Shown: in pieces, positions 17,926 to 26,982 of the stretch
How the letters are laid out: each line of letters opens with the position of its first letter
Position numbering within the stretch: position 1 is the stretch's first letter
Assembly (NCBI GenBank): GCA_964388085.1
Contig: CAYLZW010000003.1
Span: forward strand, 1,279-65,278
Direction of reading: 5' to 3'
Source: an uncultured Myxococcales bacterium
GTDB lineage: Bacteria > Myxococcota > UBA727 > CAYLZW01
DNA length: 64,000 nt
Notes under the pieces: model-generated
The model's input: the letters and a program-made list of their open reading frames with translations, nothing else
Databases searched by the model: none
Told to the model about the DNA's origin: nothing
Made by a program: the position numbers and the translations under genes

Positions 17926-20900
17926 ATGACGCCCTCCGCCCATCCCTCCGCTCGGAAGCCCCGGCCGCTCAAGATCGTCCTCGGCGCCCTGGTCGCCGTC
18001 GTCGTCCTCTTGGGCATCGCCACCCTGTTCATCGACGTGGACGCGCTCGTCGAGTCGCGCAAGCCGGAGCTCTTGCAGAAGGCGTCCGACGCCGTGGGCC
18101 GGCAGGTCAGCGTCGGCGACATCGACGCCCGCCTCCTGCCTGACTTCGGCGCCACCGTGCGCGGCCTGAAGGTCGCGGGCCCGACGGCCGAGTCGCCCGC
18201 GCTCCTCGAGGTGGGCGCCGCCGAGCTGCGCTTCTCCCTCTGGAAGGCCATCGTCTCCCTCGGCAAGGACCTCGAGGTCACCGCGCTCGAGCTGCGCGAG
18301 GTGAAGGCGCACGTGGCCCGCGCCGCCGACGGGAGCTGGAGCTTCGACGACATCCTCGCGCGGCAGCAGGACGCGCCCGCCGACGAGGGGCCGACGGATC
18401 TGTCCTTCCTCGAGGGGGCGCGCGTCGAGCGGGCGGCGATCCTGAACGCAGACATCACGCTCGACGACGCGAAGCTCGGCCGGCCGCTCAAGGCGGAGGC
18501 GACCCAGCTCGTGCTGACGGACGTACGCCTCGGCGCGCCGCTCGCCGCCGAGCTGCAGACCACGCTCGTCGACGGGCACAAGCGCACGCCCGTGAACCTG
18601 CGCGCGAAGCTCGCGGAGCTCCCGAAGACGCTCTCCTTCGAGCCCTTTCCCGAGCTCGCCGCCGCGCTGACCTTGGGGGAGCTCGAGGTCGGACCGTGGG
18701 GCGCGTTGCTGCCGAGCGACACCCTCGCGCCCGCGGCCGGCACCCTGAGCGCCGACGTGAAGGTCGACGCGGGCAAGGACTTGAGCACGTTCCAGGGCAG
18801 CGGCACCGTCAAGGCCAGCCAGCTCGTGCTCGCGCAGCGCGGCAAGCGCGGGCAGGTGCTCGACGCCGACGTGGCCTTTGACGTCGACGTGGACACCAAG
18901 GCGCCGCGCTACCTCGTGCGCTCGCTGAAGGTGCAGGGCACGGGCATGGACATCACGGGCAGCGCCGACGCGAACAGCGCCTCGCTCGCCGGCGTGAAGA
19001 CCGCCGACGTCAAGGCGACGATTCAGGATCTGCAGCGCGTGCTCGCGGTGCTCCCGCCGGGCAGCGCCGCGTTGCCCGAGGAGCTCACGCTAAAGGGTCC
19101 GGTGCAGGCGCGGCTCGTCGGCAACGCACAGAGCGTCGACCTGACGGTGAACCTCGACCAGGCGCGGGTCGCGTGGGCGGAGAGCTTCGACAAGGCGCCG
19201 GGGAGAGCGCTGAACCTGACCCTGAAGGGGACGCGAAAGGGCGACGTGCTCGCCGTGGAGCCCTTCGCGCTGCAGGTCGACAGCGCGCGCATCGGCGGCA
19301 GTCTCGGGCTGCCCATGGACGAGGACGCGCCGCTCTCGGCGGACATCCAGAGCGGCGCGGTGACGTTCGCGTCGCTGAAGGAGATCGTGCCGCCCTTCGC
19401 CGAGGCTTTGCGCAAGGGCAACAACGTCGACGGCACCTTCTCGCTGCAGGCGAGCGCGAAGTCCGCGAACGGCAAGCAGGACGCGCGCGTGCTGGTCTCG
19501 CTCGACAGCGTCGACGTGAACCTCGCGCAGGCGAGCGCGCGCGGCGCCGCGAAGCTCGAGGCGGTGCTCGCCCCGAAGGACGGCGTCATCGACCTCCGCG
19601 CGCTGGCGGATCTGACGCAGCTCGCGCTCTCGAGCGTCGGCGAGGACGGCGCCAAGGTGCTCGACAAGCCGGCCGGCATGCCGACGCGGCTCGAGGTCGC
19701 GCTGACGAAGACCGACGAGCGCGCCGACGTCCAGAAGGCGCTGCTCGCGCTCGGGCAGACGAAGGTGACGGCGACGGGGCAGGCATCGGGCTTGAACACC
19801 GACAGCCCGACGCTCAACCTGGACTTCGGCAGCGTGGACGTGGCGTTCGACGACCTGCGCAAGACGCTGCCGGGCGCCGACACCTTGCCGGCGGGAGGGA
19901 GGCTGCGGGGACAGGTGAAGGTGGCGGGCTCTCCGGAGGCGCTGTCGACGCTCGAGATCCTCGCCAAGCAGCTCGACCTCGCGTTCGGCAGCTCCAGCTT
20001 GAAGGGCGACGTCACGGTCCGAAACCTCGACGAGCCACGCGTCGACACGAACCTGACGTCGTTGAAGCTGGCCTTCGACGACGTGCGCGCGCTCGCGGAC
20101 ACGGACGCCCTGCCGGCCGGCGGACGCTACGAGGGCGCGCTGCGGCTCTCCGTGGACAGCGCGGATCTCTCGACGCTGAAGGCCGATCTGAAGGCCGACC
20201 GGTTGCGCGTCGGGCGCTCGCAGCTGAGCGGTACCGCCAAGCTCGAGGATCTCGAGCGGCCCACCTTCGCCTTCGACTTCAGCGGCAACGACGTCGACAT
20301 CGACGAGCTGCTGGCGCTGCTCGGGGCCGAGGGAGACGAGAGCGCGAGCGCTACGCAAAAGACCCCGGACGAGAACCCGCACGGCCTGTCGGCGAAGGCG
20401 CGCGCCGCGCTCAAGAAGACCAACGGCGAGGGCTCCATCCGCGCGACCAGCGTCGTCTTCAAAGACATCCCCCTGCAGGACTTCAGGGGCCAGCTCACCA
20501 TGAAGAGCGGCGTGGCGACCTTCGAGGCGCTCGACTTCAAGCTCTATGGCGGCACGGTGTCGGCCAAGGGCACGACGCTCGATCTCCCCGCCAAGCACAT
20601 GGGCTACGGCCTGAAGCTCGACGTCACGCGCATGGACCTCGGCAAGGCGCTGGCAGCGCACACCGATCTCGACGGCGTCTTCCGGGGCGAGGTCTCCGAG
20701 GCCATCGATCTGACGGGCGCCGGTCTGACCAAGAAGGATCTCATCACGACGCTGACGGGGCCGACGGTGTTCCGAACGGACTCGCTCACCATCGCGGGGC
20801 TCGACGTGCTGACGCCCATCGTGCAGATCCTCGAGCAGGCATCCAAGACCATCCCGGGCACGCCGACCATCGCGGGCAAGTCCTCACCCGACACGAGCTT

Positions 20901-21558
20901 GCGTGACGTCGAGGCGTGGCTGCGCTTCCTCGGCGGCAAGATGGAGCTCGAGAAGCCGCTCACGACGAAGACGGCCTTCGGCAGCATCACCTTCACGGGC
21001 CACGCGTTCCTCGACACGCGCCTCGACCTCGAGGCGTTGGTGCGGCTCAGCCCGGCGACCATCGCGCAGTGGACCCGCAACAAGGTGAAGCCGGCGGCCG
21101 CCGTCGAGGTGCCGCTCAAGATCGGCGGCACCTGGAAGCGGCCGCTCATCACCGGCATCGACGCGGGCAAGCTCGTGCAGGCCGTGCTGGGCGTCGCGCT
21201 CACCGGCGCCCTCGGCGGCATCGCGGGCGACGCGCAGGAGCAGGCGGGAGCGATCCTCGACGAGGCCAAGGAACAGGTGCTCGACCGCGCGCAAGGCGAG
21301 GTGAACCGCCGTCGCCAGCAGGCCGAGTCCGCCGTCAGCGACCGTGTCGACGACGCCAAGAAGAGGGCCGAGGACGCGAAGAAGCGCGCGGAGGCCGAAG
21401 CGAAGAAGAAGGCCGACGACGCCAAAAGGAAGGCCGAGGCCGCCGCGAAGAAGAAGGCGGACGACCTCAAGAAGAAGGCGGAGAAGGAAGCGAAGAAGAA
21501 GAAGGACGCCGCGAAGAAGAAGGCCGAGGAGGAGGCCAAGAAGCTGCTCGGGTTCTGA
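17926..21558 (+). CDS. Long AsmA-family bridge-like lipid-transfer protein with a Lys/Ala/Glu coiled-coil tail
   Basis: N-terminal TM, ASDAVGRQVSVGDI, WSFDDIL; repeating beta-groove-like segments; VEVPLKIGGTWKRP near the C-terminus. Confidence 0.88.
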   Translation: MTPSAHPSARKPRPLKIVLGALVAVVVLLGIATLFIDVDALVESRKPELLQKASDAVGRQVSVGDIDARLLPDFGATVRGLKVAGPTAESPALLEVGAAELRFSLWKAIVSLGKDLEVTALELREVKAHVARAADGSWSFDDILARQQDAPADEGPTDLSFLEGARVERAAILNADITLDDAKLGRPLKAEATQLVLTDVRLGAPLAAELQTTLVDGHKRTPVNLRAKLAELPKTLSFEPFPELAAALTLGELEVGPWGALLPSDTLAPAAGTLSADVKVDAGKDLSTFQGSGTVKASQLVLAQRGKRGQVLDADVAFDVDVDTKAPRYLVRSLKVQGTGMDITGSADANSASLAGVKTADVKATIQDLQRVLAVLPPGSAALPEELTLKGPVQARLVGNAQSVDLTVNLDQARVAWAESFDKAPGRALNLTLKGTRKGDVLAVEPFALQVDSARIGGSLGLPMDEDAPLSADIQSGAVTFASLKEIVPPFAEALRKGNNVDGTFSLQASAKSANGKQDARVLVSLDSVDVNLAQASARGAAKLEAVLAPKDGVIDLRALADLTQLALSSVGEDGAKVLDKPAGMPTRLEVALTKTDERADVQKALLALGQTKVTATGQASGLNTDSPTLNLDFGSVDVAFDDLRKTLPGADTLPAGGRLRGQVKVAGSPEALSTLEILAKQLDLAFGSSSLKGDVTVRNLDEPRVDTNLTSLKLAFDDVRALADTDALPAGGRYEGALRLSVDSADLSTLKADLKADRLRVGRSQLSGTAKLEDLERPTFAFDFSGNDVDIDELLALLGAEGDESASATQKTPDENPHGLSAKARAALKKTNGEGSIRATSVVFKDIPLQDFRGQLTMKSGVATFEALDFKLYGGTVSAKGTTLDLPAKHMGYGLKLDVTRMDLGKALAAHTDLDGVFRGEVSEAIDLTGAGLTKKDLITTLTGPTVFRTDSLTIAGLDVLTPIVQILEQASKTIPGTPTIAGKSSPDTSLRDVEAWLRFLGGKMELEKPLTTKTAFGSITFTGHAFLDTRLDLEALVRLSPATIAQWTRNKVKPAAAVEVPLKIGGTWKRPLITGIDAGKLVQAVLGVALTGALGGIAGDAQEQAGAILDEAKEQVLDRAQGEVNRRRQQAESAVSDRVDDAKKRAEDAKKRAEAEAKKKADDAKRKAEAAAKKKADDLKKKAEKEAKKKKDAAKKKAEEEAKKLLGF

Positions 21559-21678
21559 TGAGCTGCCGGGCACCGCTCGACGACGTTGCAGGAGCTCGCG
21601 CAAGCCGCACAGCCTCATGTGCTCGCGCGAGCGTCGTCGCGGCCACGCCTACGACATCGTCTGGTGTAAACGCAGCGG

Positions 21679-23403
21679 TCAACCGACGCCGACGCCATCT
21701 GCGTCGACGCTGCGCAGCGCCATGGACAGGCCTTCGAGCGTCAGGTGCCCGTTCTCGTCGAGCGAGAAGCCGCCGTGGACGGCAGCGCTCCCTCTGGGGA
21801 GCTCGACGAGCTCGCCGAAGAGCACGGCGGGATCGCTGCCGGCCTCGACGTGTCCGCGCCCGCGCAGCGTCGGCCAGCGCTGTCCGGGCCGCAGCTCGAC
21901 GGACGTGAGCGACAGCCTGCCTTGCGCGCCCGAGGAGAAGCGCACGGCCGCCTTCGGGCCGAGCGGGAGCTGCCCGGAGTGAAAGCGCAGGCGTAGGTCT
22001 CCCTCGGCCACCAGCGCGTCGAGTCCCTCCTCGCTGGCGGCGATCTGCGTGATGCGCAGATCCGCGTCGCTGCCCGCCGCGAGGCGAGCCTGAAGCTCAC
22101 CGAGGCGGGCGGAGCCGCTCTCCACGTCGACGTGCAGCAGCAGCTCGCCCGTGAAGGCGACGCCGAAATCGGTGCCGGCCTTGAGCTGTCCGCTGGCCTT
22201 CGCGCTCACGAGCGAGGCGGCCGCGTCGGCGATGCCGAGGTCGAGCGCGAGATCCCTGCAGGCGGCCGCGGCGCCGTCGATGCCGAGCTCCGCCTCGACG
22301 TGGCTCTCTGAGACGCTCAGGTGGCCGAGCAGCACGGTCGGGCTCAGCTCCACCGTGGTCGGCCGCCCGCCGATGCGCGCCACCACGACGCTGCGCTCGA
22401 GGGCGCCGTGCAGATCGCCGGCGCGCACGTGAAAGCGAAGCCCGCCGGCCGCGCGCGAGAGCTCGAGGGTGGAGCGCCCGAGCGAGGAGGGGCCGAGCTC
22501 CAGATGCGAGCCGTCGCGCAGGGTCAGGCGCGCGCGCTTGACGTTCGCCTCGAAGCAGGTCGCGTCGAGGCGGACGTCACCGGAGGCCGCGGGCCCGTCG
22601 AGCTGTAGCGAGACGCTGCCGTTCGCGGCCAGCCCCTCGACGTCGAAGCCCACGCCGCGCACGTGCGCCTGCAGCACCTGTACGCGGCCGCGCACGGCGA
22701 GCCCGGAGACGGCGAAGTCGACGTCGAGGCGGGTGTCGGGGCCGAGCAGCAGCTCGCCCGCGTCACCGAGGTGCAGCGGCTCGAGGCGCGGGATGACGTC
22801 GCGCGCCTCCACGAGCAGGCCGCTCGCGTCGAAGCCGCCGTCGTCGTCCCCCTCGCGCGGCGGTCGGTCCTCGAACACGAGCGCGATCAGCTCGTCGAGC
22901 GTGGCCGGGATGCGCGGTACCCGCGTGGTGAGCTGCGAGAGGTTTACGTCGGGGAAGCCGGCGATGTCGGCGATGACGTCGCCGTCGTCGTTCAGGTACA
23001 GGCCGCGGAAGGTCATGCCGAGCGGCAGCGAGATGGGCGGCTCGAGCGTGCCCTTGGTGGTCTCGCGCAAGATGGCGGCGTCCTTCACCTCCAGGTCGAT
23101 GATGGCCTCGGTGCCCTCGCGCAGCTCGATGGCGAGCGGCCCGACGCGGAACGACCTCGCCGACAACTTCAGGCGCACGCGCGCGCGGCCGCTGTCGGCG
23201 TGCCGAAGCAGCTCCTTGAGCGCCAGCTCGCGCACGGCGGCGATCTCGAGCTCGTCGCTGACCTGCGGGGTGACGATGTCCGGCCGCTCGAGGCGCGCGC
23301 TGCCGTCGCCGCCGACGCTCGCGGAGAGGCCGGCCAGCGGGATGTCGACGCGCTCGGCGAAGAAGCTCAGCTCGGCGCCGTGGAGGCGGGAGGTGTTCGT
23401 CAT
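21679..23403 (-). CDS. Hypothetical beta-strand-rich protein without signal peptide
   Basis: 574 aa; GAGGGG RBS; 10 nt after the DUF2079-type stop; alternating hydrophobic beta patterns. Confidence 0.7.
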   Translation of the reverse strand: MTNTSRLHGAELSFFAERVDIPLAGLSASVGGDGSARLERPDIVTPQVSDELEIAAVRELALKELLRHADSGRARVRLKLSARSFRVGPLAIELREGTEAIIDLEVKDAAILRETTKGTLEPPISLPLGMTFRGLYLNDDGDVIADIAGFPDVNLSQLTTRVPRIPATLDELIALVFEDRPPREGDDDGGFDASGLLVEARDVIPRLEPLHLGDAGELLLGPDTRLDVDFAVSGLAVRGRVQVLQAHVRGVGFDVEGLAANGSVSLQLDGPAASGDVRLDATCFEANVKRARLTLRDGSHLELGPSSLGRSTLELSRAAGGLRFHVRAGDLHGALERSVVVARIGGRPTTVELSPTVLLGHLSVSESHVEAELGIDGAAAACRDLALDLGIADAAASLVSAKASGQLKAGTDFGVAFTGELLLHVDVESGSARLGELQARLAAGSDADLRITQIAASEEGLDALVAEGDLRLRFHSGQLPLGPKAAVRFSSGAQGRLSLTSVELRPGQRWPTLRGRGHVEAGSDPAVLFGELVELPRGSAAVHGGFSLDENGHLTLEGLSMALRSVDADGVGVG

Positions 23404-23413
23404 CAATGTCCCC

Positions 23414-25375
23414 TCAACGACCCAGCGCCTCTAGCAGCGCGTCGCTCGGCGCGACCGCGGCGGCGTCGCTCGCGCCCGGCTTCTGGAACACGACCGTGGT
23501 GCCTTCGGAGAAGATCAGCGTCCAGCGCTCGTCGTCGAGGAGACGCTTCACGAGGCGCACCACGTAGCGCTTGTCGTGCGGCCACGGACCCTCGAGCGGG
23601 TTCAACACGATGTAGTCGGCGCGCGGCAGGAACTTCTCGTACGGCTGCCAGATGAATTGGCGCAGCGCGAGGTGCGGCAGGAAGTGGTTCTGCGCGACCA
23701 CGGGCGCGTCGTCGGGGATGAGCGCGAGCGCGCGGTTGTTGATGGCCACGCCTTCGGCCGTCGAGAAGTACGGCTTGTGGAGCGTGCCGAGCTCGATGCC
23801 GGAGGGCGAGGCCGCGAACGAGCCGAGCGTGGAGAGCACCAGGAAGAGCCCAAAGCTCACGTCGAGGACGCCGGGCGCGCTCAAGCGACGCAGCGCGCCG
23901 CTGCCGCTCTCGGAGCGCGCGGCCAGAAAGCCGGCCACGCGCTCGTAGCCGCGCAGCGACGCGTAGGCGCAGATGGACACGAGCACGAGCGAGTAGTGGT
24001 AGTGGAGGCCCCACATCTCGCGCTTGTCCGAGAGGAAGCGCTCGACCAGGTTCGGCAGCGCCAGCCAGAGCGCGCCGGGAGACAGGAAGGGCAGGAAGCC
24101 GAAGCCGCCGAAGGTGATGAGCAGCGTCGTGGCCTTCTGCTCGGGCGAGACGAGGGCTGTGAGCACCTTGCCCGGGTGACGCGCCATGTTGGCGACGCCC
24201 TCGCCGAGGCTGTCGCCGAAGGCGCCGAAGCGCGCCAGGTGGATCATCCCCTTCGAGTGCTCCTCGAGGAAGTGCGGCTGCATCCAGCCGACGACGAACC
24301 AGAAGGAGGCGAGGCAGACGACGGCGATGGCGGCGCCCTCGAGCCGGCGCCCTGGCCGCGTCAGGAGCAGCCAGCCGCCGACAGCGCCCGCGTAGAGGAT
24401 CGACGACTCCTTGCAGGCGAACACGAGCACGAGGCCGAGGTAGGCGAGCCAGCGACGGTTCGTGTCGAAGCCGAGGATGGCGAGAAACAAGCCGAGCGGG
24501 ACGGGCGCGATCTCGTGGAAGTCGAAGTTGATCATGCTCTGCGTGCCCACCGCGAACAGGTACGCGAGGTTCAAGCCGAGCACGGCGAAGGGCCCGAGGC
24601 CGCCGCGTCGAGCGAGCGCCGCCAGCGGGAAGGTGGCGCAGGCGACCACCAGGGCCTGCGCGACGAGCAGCAGCCAATCGACGCCGAGCCACGCGAGCGG
24701 CGCGAACAGGTACAGCACCGGCATGAAGTGGTTCGTGCCGCCCCAGAAGTGCGCGTCGCCGAGGACGCTCGAGATCTGCGGCTTGCCGAAGCCGAGGATG
24801 AAGATGTTGTGGTTGTAGCAGCCCATGTCCCACGAGCCGCTGCCGAAGCTCTCGTGCCGGGTCACGCTCCACACGACGTACACGACGACGGCGAGCGCGG
24901 TGGGCAGGTACACGGACGCGCGCTCGAACGAGAGCGCCCGCCGCGAGACGAAGCCGGCGCAGCGCTCGCCCACGAGGACGCCGATCGAGAGCGCGGCGCA
25001 CACGGCCAGGAACGCCGCCGGGATCATCGTGGTGGGGCCGGACACAACGCGCAGGACGAGCGCGAGGCCGGACACGGCGCCGAGCAGCCGCGTCCCGCGC
25101 TCGAGCAGCAGCTTCCGCCACGACGACACCAGCGCAGAGAGCAGCAGCGCCACGACGACGGTGCCGAGCATCATCGCTTCCATGGCGTCGAGGTGCGCGT
25201 CGATCCGGCTCGGGCTCTTGAGCGCGCCAAGGTTCACGCGCGCGCCGAACGTCACCGACCAGAGCGCGAGGCCGAACAGCGCCGCGCTGCCGAGGTAGGA
25301 GGCCCACGAGAACGCACGCTCGGCCGTGGCGCTCAGGGGACCCGCACCCCGGGCCCGCGGCGGCTCCGTCGTCAC
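23414..25375 (-). CDS. DUF2079-type polytopic membrane protein (predicted GT-C glycosyltransferase)
   Basis: RHESFGSGSWDMGCYNHN, NFDFHE, VFACKES and many TM helices. GTG 25375 overlaps the methyltransferase TGA. Confidence 0.82.
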   Translation of the reverse strand: MTTEPPRARGAGPLSATAERAFSWASYLGSAALFGLALWSVTFGARVNLGALKSPSRIDAHLDAMEAMMLGTVVVALLLSALVSSWRKLLLERGTRLLGAVSGLALVLRVVSGPTTMIPAAFLAVCAALSIGVLVGERCAGFVSRRALSFERASVYLPTALAVVVYVVWSVTRHESFGSGSWDMGCYNHNIFILGFGKPQISSVLGDAHFWGGTNHFMPVLYLFAPLAWLGVDWLLLVAQALVVACATFPLAALARRGGLGPFAVLGLNLAYLFAVGTQSMINFDFHEIAPVPLGLFLAILGFDTNRRWLAYLGLVLVFACKESSILYAGAVGGWLLLTRPGRRLEGAAIAVVCLASFWFVVGWMQPHFLEEHSKGMIHLARFGAFGDSLGEGVANMARHPGKVLTALVSPEQKATTLLITFGGFGFLPFLSPGALWLALPNLVERFLSDKREMWGLHYHYSLVLVSICAYASLRGYERVAGFLAARSESGSGALRRLSAPGVLDVSFGLFLVLSTLGSFAASPSGIELGTLHKPYFSTAEGVAINNRALALIPDDAPVVAQNHFLPHLALRQFIWQPYEKFLPRADYIVLNPLEGPWPHDKRYVVRLVKRLLDDERWTLIFSEGTTVVFQKPGASDAAAVAPSDALLEALGR

Positions 25376-26133
25376 GGAGTCTTCTCGAGCAGGACGAAGA
25401 GCTGGCAGCCCGCCCGCGACGAGCGCAGGTTCAGGTGGTTCAGCCAGTACAGCGCCTCCGAGACGACGATCTGCTTGGCGCCGTACTGCGTGTTGCTGAA
25501 GTTCTTGAGCGCCCACTCGGCGTTGACGTTCGTCGCCCACTTGAGCGCGTAGTAGGTCGGGAAGCCCCAGTTGATGAGCCGCTTCACGCGAAAGCCGTTG
25601 CGAGAGGCGCGCGCGCCGATCTCTTTCGGCGTCGGGTGCGTCGTGTGGCCGAAGTGCTTCTCCGTCGGAAACACACGCCCCGTCGGGCAGGTGAGCAGGA
25701 GATGCCCGCCCGGGCGCAGCATGCTCGCGAAGTGCCGGAAGGCGGCCTCCCGGTCGTCGAGGTGCTCGATGACCTCGCAGCTCACGATGCAGTCGAAGGT
25801 CTCCTCGAGCGCCCGCTTCTCGACGTCGAGCGCGAAGAAGCGCAGGTCCGGGAAGCGGCGCTCGTTGGCCTCGACCACGGCCTCGCTCAGGTCGGCGCCC
25901 GCCAGCTTGGCGTCCGGGTAGCGCGCGTGCAGCGCGGACAACAGCTCGCCGTTGCCGCAGCCCACGTCGAGCAGCGAGACGTCGCCGCCGTCGAGGCGCG
26001 CGTCCTTCAAGAGCTCGAGCGTGAAGTGTCGCCGCCAGCGCGCGCCCGGGTTGTAGCGGATGAAGTCCCGCTGGCCTTCCCACACGCTGTCATAGAGCTC
26101 GCGGTTGTAGGCGCTCGCGCTCTTGCCTTGCAT
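25372..26133 (-). CDS. Class I SAM-dependent methyltransferase
   Basis: LLDVGCGNG, GADLS, FDCIVSCEVIEHL, LRPGGHL. Confidence 0.9.
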   Translation of the reverse strand: MQGKSASAYNRELYDSVWEGQRDFIRYNPGARWRRHFTLELLKDARLDGGDVSLLDVGCGNGELLSALHARYPDAKLAGADLSEAVVEANERRFPDLRFFALDVEKRALEETFDCIVSCEVIEHLDDREAAFRHFASMLRPGGHLLLTCPTGRVFPTEKHFGHTTHPTPKEIGARASRNGFRVKRLINWGFPTYYALKWATNVNAEWALKNFSNTQYGAKQIVVSEALYWLNHLNLRSSRAGCQLFVLLEKTP

Positions 26134-26217
26134 CGTCGTCGTCCCTGGCCTCTTGTCGGGCGGGTATGACAGCGGCCAGGGGCGCTCGCAACGGGTGCGC
26201 GTGCGGGAGGGCCGGGT

Positions 26218-26982
26218 TCATCCCCTGGCGCGCAGGCGCCGACGACGCTGCACGTCGGTGGCGATGCGAGCGAGATCGCCGACCACCTTGGTCATCTGCG
26301 CCACGCTGAGCTTCGAGCCCTGCACGTCGCGCCACTGGCGCAGCGGCACCTCGACGAAGTCGGACACGAGCAGCGGCTCCACCTCGGGCGTCCCGGTGAT
26401 GAGCCGGCCGAGCAGCTCCACGTCGAAGGCCCAGCGGGAGATGAACGGCTCCTCCAGCGCGGCGTCGAGCGCCGGCGAGGCGGTGAAGAGCTTGGCCCCG
26501 CACTGGGTGTCGTACACGCGCAGGGCGAGGATCTGCGACGCGAAGGTCGCGAACACGCGCCCGAGGGTGTGGCGCCAGACCTTGCGGTCGATGGTGCGGC
26601 CGAGCAGCGCCACGCGCGCGCCGAGCAGGACCTGGGCGCGCGTCCGCTCGGCCTCGTCGAGGAGGAACGAGAGCTCGACGAAGGGCGTCGAGAGGTCGGC
26701 GTCGAGGTAGCCGACCATGGGAGCGCCGTGGGCCAGGGCCTCGAGCAGGCCGCGTCGCACGGCCTCGGCTTTGCCGCTGTTGCGCTCGAGGGTCAGGGTG
26801 GAGATGGCGGCGGGGCAAGCGTCCTGCAGCCCCCGCAGCACCTGCTCGGTGCCGTCGCTCGAGCCGTCATTGACGAGGAGGAGCTTCACCCGCCCCGCGC
26901 GCGCGAACGACAAGAACGCGTCCCGCTGGATGCGTCGCTCCTCGTTGTAACAGGGCACCACGATGACCGGTCGCTCGCTCAC
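26218..26982 (-). CDS. GT2 glycosyltransferase (polyprenol-phosphate sugar synthase-like)
   Basis: VIVVPCYNEE, VNDGSSDGT, NSGKAEAV, YLDADLS, DTQCGAKLF, WAFDVE. GTG 26982 overlaps the upstream TGA. Confidence 0.9.
   Translation of the reverse strand: MSERPVIVVPCYNEERRIQRDAFLSFARAGRVKLLLVNDGSSDGTEQVLRGLQDACPAAISTLTLERNSGKAEAVRRGLLEALAHGAPMVGYLDADLSTPFVELSFLLDEAERTRAQVLLGARVALLGRTIDRKVWRHTLGRVFATFASQILALRVYDTQCGAKLFTASPALDAALEEPFISRWAFDVELLGRLITGTPEVEPLLVSDFVEVPLRQWRDVQGSKLSVAQMTKVVGDLARIATDVQRRRRLRARG

Noticed and set aside
21578-21639. Imperfect hairpin between asmA and the convergent gene
   Set aside because: It needs large bulges and has no U-tract; such pairings are expected by chance at this GC content.
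25376-26083. Apparent methyltransferase/DUF2079 fusion or frameshift; likewise the extensions of ORFs 26218-28248, 29689-32424, 35447-37426 and 12327-14234
   Set aside because: The extensions are off-frame reads through upstream genes. Most have clean GTGA/TTGA coupling or a nearby start, so no frameshift is needed.
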